Source: an uncultured Chitinophaga sp.
GTDB taxonomy: Bacteria; Bacteroidota; Bacteroidia; Chitinophagales; Chitinophagaceae
NCBI GenBank assembly: GCA_964606155.1
Contig: CAZSGD010000022.1
Coordinates: 9,410-73,409 of the forward strand
Direction: 5' to 3'
DNA: 64,000 nucleotides
The number at the start of each line of letters is the position of its first letter. Position 1 is the stretch's first letter. This document shows, in pieces, positions 57,716 through 64,000 of the stretch. The notes under the pieces are model-generated. The model was not told the DNA's origin. It saw only the letters and a list, made by a program, of their open reading frames with translations, and made no database searches. The translations under genes and the position numbers were made by a program.

Positions 57716-59392
57716 ATGCCGGAAGAAGTTAAAAAGGAAGAAAGAAGCCTCAATTTTTTGGAAGAGATCATCGAAGAGGACCTGAAAAGCGGTAAGTACA
57801 CAAAAATCATCACCCGCTTTCCTCCCGAACCGAATGGCTATCTCCATATTGGTCATGCCAGTAGTATCTGTCTCAATTTCGGGTTAACTCAAAAATATCC
57901 CGGGTACACCAACCTGCGGTTTGATGATACCAACCCTGTAACGGAGGATACCGAATATGTGGAAAGTATTAAAGATGATATCCGCTGGCTGGGCTTTGAG
58001 TGGAAGAATGAACATTATGCTTCCGATTATTTTGATGAACTGTATGAGCAGGCCGTGAAGCTGATCAAAAAAGGATTGGCTTATGTTGATGATAGTACCA
58101 GCGATGAAATTGCGGCTATGAAAGGCACACCCACAGAGCCCGGAAAAGACAGCCCGTTCAGGGACCGGACGATCGAAGAGAATCTCGATCTTTTTCAAAG
58201 AATGAAAGCCGGTGAATTTGAAGATGGCAGCCGTACCCTTCGTGCCAGGATCGATATGGGCCACACGAATATGCTGATGCGTGATCCCATTCTTTACCGG
58301 ATCAAGCATGCGCATCATCACCAGACAGGAGATAAGTGGTGTATCTATCCCATGTATGATATGGCGCACGGGCAAAGCGATGCGATCGAAGAAGTCACAC
58401 ATTCTATTTGTACGCTGGAATTTGTTCCGCATCGTGAATTATATGACTGGCTCATTGAAAAACTGGAGATCTATCCATCACACCAGTATGAGTTTGCCCG
58501 GAGAAATATCAATTATACCGTAACCAGTAAACGAAAATTGTTGCAACTGGTCAATGAAAAATATGTGGATGGCTGGGATGATCCGCGGATGCCAACGATC
58601 ACCGGGCTACGGCGAAGAGGGTATACCCCTGAAAGTATCCGTGAGTTTTGTGACCGGATAGGTGTGGCAAAAAGAGAAAATATGGTGGATGTGGGCTTAC
58701 TGGAGTTTTGTGTAAGAGAACATTTGAACCGGATTGCACTGCGCAGAATGGTTGTCTTTGATCCTTTAAAAGTAGTACTCATCAATTATCCGGCGGGTGA
58801 AGAGTTAATGAAAAGCGAAAACAACCCTGAAGATGAAAAAGGAGGGGAGAGGGAAATTCCTTTCAGTGGTGAATTATTTATTGAACGGGAGGATTTTATG
58901 GAAAACCCGCCCAAAAAATATTTCAGGCTGGCGCCCGGGCAAATGGTAAGATTGAAAAGCGCTTATATCATCAAATGTGAGGAGGTGATAAAGGACGATA
59001 AAGGCCATGTGACAGAACTTCGCTGTACTTATATCCCCGAAAGTAAGAGCGGGCATGATACCAGTGGAATACATGTCAAGGGAACGCTGCATTGGGTGAG
59101 CGCCCCTTCAGCTATTTCAGTTGAAGTAAGGGAATATGACCGCCTTTTCAAAGTAGAAGATCCTGCCGATGAAGATGGCGATTTTAAGGATTATATCAAT
59201 CCGTCTTCACTAAAAGTGGTGGCGACAGCCATGGCTGAGCCGTCATTGGCCAAAGCCAGGTTCGAAGACCGGTACCAGTTTCTCCGCAAGGGGTATTTCT
59301 GCCTGGATAAAGACACGAGTGCCAGCCGGATGATCTTCAATAGAACGGTTACCCTGAAGGATGGTTGGGCCAAAGAGACGGGTAAAAAATAA
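57716..59392 (+). CDS. glnS: glutamine--tRNA ligase
   Basis: [14 protein letters not shown] (HIGH) and VTSKRKL (KMSKS-like). ATG 57716 is preferred. Confidence 0.93.
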   Translation: MPEEVKKEERSLNFLEEIIEEDLKSGKYTKIITRFPPEPNGYLHIGHASSICLNFGLTQKYPGYTNLRFDDTNPVTEDTEYVESIKDDIRWLGFEWKNEHYASDYFDELYEQAVKLIKKGLAYVDDSTSDEIAAMKGTPTEPGKDSPFRDRTIEENLDLFQRMKAGEFEDGSRTLRARIDMGHTNMLMRDPILYRIKHAHHHQTGDKWCIYPMYDMAHGQSDAIEEVTHSICTLEFVPHRELYDWLIEKLEIYPSHQYEFARRNINYTVTSKRKLLQLVNEKYVDGWDDPRMPTITGLRRRGYTPESIREFCDRIGVAKRENMVDVGLLEFCVREHLNRIALRRMVVFDPLKVVLINYPAGEELMKSENNPEDEKGGEREIPFSGELFIEREDFMENPPKKYFRLAPGQMVRLKSAYIIKCEEVIKDDKGHVTELRCTYIPESKSGHDTSGIHVKGTLHWVSAPSAISVEVREYDRLFKVEDPADEDGDFKDYINPSSLKVVATAMAEPSLAKARFEDRYQFLRKGYFCLDKDTSASRMIFNRTVTLKDGWAKETGKK

Positions 59393-59624
59393 TTTTACAT
59401 AACTAATTAATTTACAACATTTTGGCAAAATAATTGGGTTAACTCTTTTTGAGTAAAAGAAATATGTGCTCTACTTCAAAAGCCCAATGCATGCAAACCC
59501 GTTAGATTTATTTTGAATTTATGAAGATTTAGCACTAGATTTAAGGACAATCTCCCCCTATAAACAACTGCTCCATGTCCTCCTGACGAGACCGTTATTT
59601 ACTTAAAAACCAAAACAAAACTGT

Positions 59625-62600
59625 ATGAGAACAAATGTTTACTCACTCACTGCATTTTTATTTCACAAAGGAGTCAACGTCGTTTGCATGCTGTTGGTAT
59701 TACTGGCCATCAATCTGAAGATGAATGCCCAGTGTACCAATGGATCTGCTTTCGGTACTGGCGCAGCACCTACTGGTGGCGGCATCACCGTTCTGACAAC
59801 CTGCGCATTTGCTGGTGAATATTCCACTATCACCGGTGTGGCGGCTACAACACAGTACATCAGTACCAGCAGCATTCCCACAGACTTCATCACCATTCAC
59901 CAGGGAACATCCAATGGGCCGGTAATCGCTTTTGGTACCACTCCGCTCAGTTGGACTTCCACTGTGGCAGGTAACTACTACCAGCACGTGAATACCAGCG
60001 CAGCCTGCGGATCTCAAAGTTCCTGCAGAACGCTGTCCATCCAGCATTTTGTGCCTTGCGGCGCACCTCCTTGTTATTGTACATCCACTGCCACCAGCAG
60101 TGCCGATGAAGACATTCTGAATGTTACGCTGGGTACACTTAATAATAGTTCAACCTGTGCCACGGTTGCACCCGGGCCAGGCTCCGTTCAAAATCGCTAT
60201 TCCAATTATACTTCAGGTGCCGGGGCCCCTGCAGCGCCAACACTTACAGCAGGCAGTGCAATACCTTTCTCTGTTCAGGTAGGATCCTGCGGCGGCAATT
60301 TTACTAACTCGCTTGCAATCTGGATAGATTATAACCAGGACGGAACATTTAGCCTGGCTGAAAGAGTATATGTATCGGCTGCCGGTACTGTAGGCCCGCA
60401 TATCGAATCGGGTAACATTACTGTGCCATTAACAGCGACCAGCGGAGTTACCAGGATGAGGGTGGTGAATGTGGAAACCGGAACACCTGGCAATATCTCT
60501 GCCTGTGGTACATATACATGGGGTGAAACAGAAGATTATAATGTGAATATATTTATTCCACCTTGTATCATCACCTGCCCGGCCAATATAACGGCACCCA
60601 GTGACCCCGGCCAGTGCGGAGCCATTGTTAACTATCCGGCACCAACAACAAGTGGTGTTTGCGGACCTGTGACCACTACACCTGCTTCCGGCTCGTTCTT
60701 CCCGAGAGGAACAACAACGGTTACAGCCACTGAACCAGGTGGTGGAATTTGCACATTTACCATTACAGTAAATGACGTACAGCCACCCACTATCACTTGC
60801 CCGGCTAATATTACTGTCAACAACTCACCGGGCCAGTGCGGAGCTTTTGTTTCATTCCCTGCACCCACCACAACGGATAACTGCCCGGGTGTGGTTGTAA
60901 CCAGTGTACCTGCTTCCGGAAGCTTATTCCCGAGCGGAACCACTACTGTTACCAGCACAGCAACGGACGCAGGTGGTAATACAGCAACCTGTACTTTCAC
61001 CGTAACGGTAAATGATATTACACCTCCCACTATTACCTGCCCTGCTAATATCACCGTAGGTAATGACCTTAATAATTGCAGTGCTGTGGTGAACTATCCG
61101 CTGCCCACTTATAGTGATAATTGCGGAATGCCCGGCCCTGTTGCATTGAGTCAGAATACATCTAATAGTGTAGGACCTGTGATCCAGATCGGTTGCCAGG
61201 CCGGTGGTTTCAACACCGCCAACAGCTATTGGAGAGCTTATAACCTGGCTTCTTATAACCTGGCAGGCGCCTTAACAGTAAATAGTGTAACATTTGGTAT
61301 TGAAACGGCTAATGCAAATGGTACCGGTACCACACAACCCGTAACGGTAAGATTGTGGACCAGTGCTGGTGCATTCCCTGCCGGTGTACGCACCCTGGTG
61401 GGCACACAGGTAGTCAACGTTCCCGATCAGACTGTCAGCTTGTTCACGGCCACGTTCTCAACACCTGTAACGGTACCGGCCAACGCTATCCTGGTGGTTG
61501 AATTATTTACACCTGATGGCAGGGCCCCGGTTAACAACGTGTTCTTTGTAGGCAGTAACAACCTCGGTCAATCTCAGCCTTGTTATATTTCGGCAGCTGA
61601 TTGCGGTGTAGCCAGCCCGGTTACACTGGCATCATTGGGCTTCCCCAACATGCATATCATCCTTAATATTAACGGTGTTGTTGCAGGACCTAACCCGCTG
61701 ACTTTAGTATCTGGTTTGGCCCCTGGCAGTGTGTTCCCGCTGGGTACCACCACCAATACATACCGTGTTACGGATGTGGCGGGTAATACAGCCACCTGTT
61801 CGTTCAATGTAACAGTAAATGATACACAGAACCCAACTATCACTTGTCCGGGTAACATTACCGTAACCACACCTGTTGGTTCTTGTACGGCCAATGTAAC
61901 TTATGCGGTTACATCTACGGACAACTGTCCGGGTGTTACACAAGCATTGCAGGCAGGCCTTGCCAGCGGATCAGCATTCCCACTGGGTGTGAATACAGTG
62001 ACCTGGAGGGCTACAGATGCCGTCGGTAATACTTCCACTTGTTCCTTCACCGTTACTGTGCTGGATGGTCAGTTGCCGGTGATCAGCGCACAGCCTGCCA
62101 ACAGAACGGTATGTGCCGGTACCAATGCAACATTCAGTGTTACTTCTTCCAATGCGCTTACATACCAGTGGCAGGAGTTCAACGGTACTGCATGGGTGGA
62201 TATAGCCGGTGCTACTGCATCCAGTTATACTGTCAACAGTGCTACTGTGGCGATGAATACCAAATCATACAGGGTAAGGATCGCGGGTCTCTGTACGACT
62301 ATCTTCTCAAACCATGCCACTTTGTTTGTGAATCCGTTGCCATCGGTTCAGTTGTCTGCAACACCAACACCGGTATTGTTGCCAACGCAAACCACCACGA
62401 TCACGGCAACCACTAATCCTTCAGGCGGTTCATTTGTTTGGTCGCTGAACGGACAGGTGATTGCAGGTGTTACCGGTTCATCATTGTCAGGAATAGGTGT
62501 GGATGCATTGGGCCTTTACAGGGTAACTTATACGGATCCGAATGGTTGTGTAAGCACATCTGCCGACCTGGAAGTGAAAGGTGCGTTTACAGAAGGTTTG

Positions 62601-62855
62601 TGGGTATACCCCAACCCGAACAGCGGTAACTTCCTTGTGAGGTACTTCAACGCGGCCAATGAAGGTGCAACGGTGAATATCTATGATGAAAAAGGTTCGA
62701 GAGTTTACCAGCAAAGCCTTGTTACTTCACCATTCCCATACACACAGATCGAGATCAACCTCGGTACACGGATACCTTCCGGTACTTATGTGGTGGAAGT
62801 AGTGAATGGAAGCGGTAAGAAAGTAGGTTCTAAGCGAATCATTGTAACCAGGTAA
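59625..62855 (+). CDS. T9SS-secreted multidomain surface protein (GEVED-like domain, four HYR domains, Ig-like domain, T9SS C-terminal sorting domain)
   Basis: Signal peptide, GETEDYNV, repeated PPTITCPANITV...PGQCGA...DNC...TCTFTVTVND modules, and C-terminal LWVYPNPNSGNFLV...GTYVVEVV. Confidence 0.88.
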   Translation: MRTNVYSLTAFLFHKGVNVVCMLLVLLAINLKMNAQCTNGSAFGTGAAPTGGGITVLTTCAFAGEYSTITGVAATTQYISTSSIPTDFITIHQGTSNGPVIAFGTTPLSWTSTVAGNYYQHVNTSAACGSQSSCRTLSIQHFVPCGAPPCYCTSTATSSADEDILNVTLGTLNNSSTCATVAPGPGSVQNRYSNYTSGAGAPAAPTLTAGSAIPFSVQVGSCGGNFTNSLAIWIDYNQDGTFSLAERVYVSAAGTVGPHIESGNITVPLTATSGVTRMRVVNVETGTPGNISACGTYTWGETEDYNVNIFIPPCIITCPANITAPSDPGQCGAIVNYPAPTTSGVCGPVTTTPASGSFFPRGTTTVTATEPGGGICTFTITVNDVQPPTITCPANITVNNSPGQCGAFVSFPAPTTTDNCPGVVVTSVPASGSLFPSGTTTVTSTATDAGGNTATCTFTVTVNDITPPTITCPANITVGNDLNNCSAVVNYPLPTYSDNCGMPGPVALSQNTSNSVGPVIQIGCQAGGFNTANSYWRAYNLASYNLAGALTVNSVTFGIETANANGTGTTQPVTVRLWTSAGAFPAGVRTLVGTQVVNVPDQTVSLFTATFSTPVTVPANAILVVELFTPDGRAPVNNVFFVGSNNLGQSQPCYISAADCGVASPVTLASLGFPNMHIILNINGVVAGPNPLTLVSGLAPGSVFPLGTTTNTYRVTDVAGNTATCSFNVTVNDTQNPTITCPGNITVTTPVGSCTANVTYAVTSTDNCPGVTQALQAGLASGSAFPLGVNTVTWRATDAVGNTSTCSFTVTVLDGQLPVISAQPANRTVCAGTNATFSVTSSNALTYQWQEFNGTAWVDIAGATASSYTVNSATVAMNTKSYRVRIAGLCTTIFSNHATLFVNPLPSVQLSATPTPVLLPTQTTTITATTNPSGGSFVWSLNGQVIAGVTGSSLSGIGVDALGLYRVTYTDPNGCVSTSADLEVKGAFTEGLWVYPNPNSGNFLVRYFNAANEGATVNIYDEKGSRVYQQSLVTSPFPYTQIEINLGTRIPSGTYVVEVVNGSGKKVGSKRIIVTR

Positions 62856-62880
62856 GAACTGGCTGATCATAAAACTAAAA

Positions 62881-62909
62881 CCATCCCGGGATTCCGGGAT
62901 GGTTTTTTT
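62881..62909 (+). terminator. rho-independent terminator
   Basis: ccatcccgg / gatt / ccgggatgg, followed by ttttttt. An A-tract lies upstream, so it could act in both directions. Confidence 0.9.
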
Positions 62910-62968
62910 ATTGGTTGTAAACTAGCGGAGCAGGTTTCTGCTGCTGTTGTCGCTTTTGGGCTACTGCC

Positions 62969-62991
62969 CCGGTTCGTGTCTCACGAACCGG
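62969..62991. repeat. conserved hairpin, copy 1
   Basis: ccggttcgtg / tct / cacgaaccgg, a perfect 10-bp stem. It shares the core ggttcgtg..cacgaacc and the 5' context ctgcc with 63914-63937. Confidence 0.85.
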
Positions 62992-63012
62992 AATCCGTTA
63001 ACTTTATTATTT

Positions 63013-63138
63013 TTCCTCCGGGACCGGATATCTCGCAGAGGACCCGGCGTAGTTTGATAAGAATAGCCGTTGGCAAAATGACGCCGAGTCCGCCTCGTAC
63101 CTCAGCGAGACATCGGCTGCGAAGTTGTAAATTGGACA
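63013..63138. repeat. dispersed repeat, copy A (~126 nt)
   Basis: It aligns by eye with 63262-63375, sharing blocks tctcgcag, gacccggc, tagtttgataagaa, gacgccg.gtccgcct and ggctgcgaagttgtaaattggaca. It carries an 11-nt insertion, agcgagacatc. Confidence 0.85.
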
Positions 63139-63261
63139 TTCGACGGGGAAAAGAAGAAAAAAAATATTTCCCTTCGCCGAGGAGTCTCCTCCTTCACGCA
63201 AGAGTACTTGAGGAAAATTAGTGGAGGGACTCGTCGGTGACATGATAAGGGTGGTAATTGT

Positions 63262-63375
63262 TTCCTTCCGAGCCGGGTCTCTCGCAGTTGACCCGGCATA
63301 GTTTGATAAGAACAGCAGTTGCCAAAAGACGCCGGGTCCGCCTGGTTCCTCGGCTGCGAAGTTGTAAATTGGACA
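63262..63375. repeat. dispersed repeat, copy B (~114 nt)
   Basis: See copy A. It lies about 45 nt upstream of the small ORF at 63420. Confidence 0.85.
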
Positions 63376-63419
63376 CCCGGCTGGCAAAGAAATCTGGCAA
63401 ACCGTTAGATGTTAATATC

Positions 63420-63497
63420 ATGTCTCCTGAAGAGTATATGCGGGCTAAGGGTGGTGCTTTTAAAATAGATGTTGAGAAGGTAGCTAAAAGTTTTTAA
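63420..63497 (+). CDS. possible 25-aa peptide, translationally coupled to the next ORF
   Basis: MSPEEYMRAKGGAFKIDVEKVAKSF*. Its stop TAA overlaps the next ATG (TAATG). Confidence 0.25.
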   Translation: MSPEEYMRAKGGAFKIDVEKVAKSF

Positions 63498-63877
63498 TGA
63501 TGGCAGTTTCTTTAGTAATTAACAATGATAGCCTAAGGATGGATGATATATGGTATCACTATAAAAAATGCCCAATTAATTATTTGACCTATGATTTTTT
63601 TATAGATTATACGGAAGAAAAATTAATTAGAATAATTGAGAGTTATTCGGGTAAAAGTATAACTGATGAGGATATCCAACAAGCTATTATAGACAAAGAC
63701 GAAAAAAGCCATTCATTAGGGCTGTTTTGGTATATTAATAACTATTTTGAAAGCAACGCTAATGAGAAGCTTAATTATGATTGGAAATATGTTGTGCATA
63801 ATATTAAAGAAGTAATACCGAGTTCTAACGGTTTAGTGATTAGAGGGCAAGCTACCCCGTATTCAGTGGCAGATTGA
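63497..63877 (+). CDS. hypothetical protein (126 aa), visibly AT-rich gene
   Basis: It is the only long ORF here. The N/K/I/Y/D-rich composition differs from neighbouring genes. No recognised motif. Confidence 0.55.
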   Translation: MMAVSLVINNDSLRMDDIWYHYKKCPINYLTYDFFIDYTEEKLIRIIESYSGKSITDEDIQQAIIDKDEKSHSLGLFWYINNYFESNANEKLNYDWKYVVHNIKEVIPSSNGLVIRGQATPYSVAD

Positions 63878-63913
63878 ACAAATAAAAGGAACCTTGAAAC
63901 TTTGTCTGCTGCC

Positions 63914-63937
63914 GTGGTTCGTGTCCTCACGAACCAC
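63914..63937. repeat. conserved hairpin, copy 2
   Basis: gtggttcgtg / tcct / cacgaaccac. The outer two stem pairs differ from copy 1 by compensatory changes (cc..gg versus gt..ac). Confidence 0.85.
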
Positions 63938-64000
63938 TGGTATAATGAACTAAAAAAAGTAAGATGACAAGGTTAATAAAACTAGTTGTGATAATGATAG

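Noticed and set aside
60560-61900. DNA-level repeats inside the T9SS protein gene as a mobile or CRISPR-like element.
   Set aside because: They are in-frame HYR domain repeats of a single long ORF.
63330-63350. ZTP (pfl) riboswitch-like string CCGCCUGG in repeat copy B.
   Set aside because: The string is not conserved in copy A, which has CCGCCUCG. The 5' subdomain consensus is not recognisable, and no purine or folate gene lies downstream.
63013-63375. Diversity-generating retroelement template/variable repeat pair.
   Set aside because: Differences between copies A and B are not restricted to adenine positions of one copy and include an 11-nt indel. There is no reverse transcriptase gene, and neither copy lies at the 3' end of a target ORF.
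62976-63387. ORFs 62976-63221 (+), 63007-63387 (-), and the upstream part of 63258-63497 (+).
   Set aside because: They run through the duplicated element. Their internal peptide repeats (for example CPIYNFAA...LFLSNYAGS) simply mirror the DNA repeat. They are Arg/Pro-rich with no start-site support, so the region is more likely noncoding.
63404-63410. Integron attC site. GTTAGAT matches the R' consensus GTTRRRY just before the small ORF.
   Set aside because: I could not find a matching RYYYAAC R'' box or the L'/L'' bulged-stem organisation. No intI-like integrase is in the window. A 7-nt degenerate match is expected by chance. The idea is kept only as something a covariance model should test.
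1-64000. tRNA, rRNA, tmRNA, RNase P, transposase, integrase and phage genes.
   Set aside because: I scanned the larger intergenic gaps by eye: 23031-23232, 24355-24601, 25733-25954, 28428-28704, 36204-36510 and 59393-59624. I found no cloverleaf-like or otherwise recognisable RNA genes, and none of the ORF translations shows DDE, tyrosine-recombinase or serine-recombinase motifs.

Overview
This is a 64-kb chromosomal segment that looks like Bacteroidota, probably a Chitinophagaceae/Sphingobacteriia-like soil organism. Supporting signs are a T9SS C-terminal sorting domain, bacillithiol genes, a four-helix-bundle (23S-IVS family) gene, TAnnTTTG -7 promoter boxes and the absence of Shine-Dalgarno sites. 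I call about 57 protein genes, mostly housekeeping:
- purE and purK
- hppD
- aspartate kinase
- fbp
- dps
- folC
- glnS
- bshC and bshB1
- a ccmE-ccmF pair
- an acyl-CoA dehydrogenase
- YggS
- an RND efflux operon
- a LytS/LytTR two-component pair

I saw no rRNA, tRNA, CRISPR array, cas gene, transposase, integrase or phage gene. All product calls come from recognising family motifs in the supplied translations. No database search was run.

Items worth a second look, in rough order of interest:
1. A hairpin-delimited, AT-rich cassette region at the 3' end (62969-64000). It is preceded by a duplicated, apparently structured ~115-125-nt element.
2. A tightly packed five-gene operon (37041-42082): arginase-family enzyme, small membrane protein, radical SAM enzyme, DMT transporter, MFS transporter.
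3. A four-helix-bundle gene bracketed by a 32-nt inverted repeat. It sits between an efflux operon and purE, and the efflux operon separates purK from purE.
4. A recurrent class of degenerate 7-8-nt periodic 'stutter' arrays that start just after stop codons.
5. A perfect 231-bp tandem duplication covering the 3' end of a 4-hydroxyproline epimerase gene.
6. That epimerase gene lies in a locus with a GH127 beta-L-arabinofuranosidase and a D-amino-acid-type dehydrogenase, suggesting use of hydroxyproline arabinosides.
7. A CcmE with a CxxxY motif instead of HxxxY.
8. A caspase-TPR-beta-barrel fusion protein.
9. Four genes whose -7 promoter box lies 4-6 nt from the ATG, which implies leaderless mRNAs.
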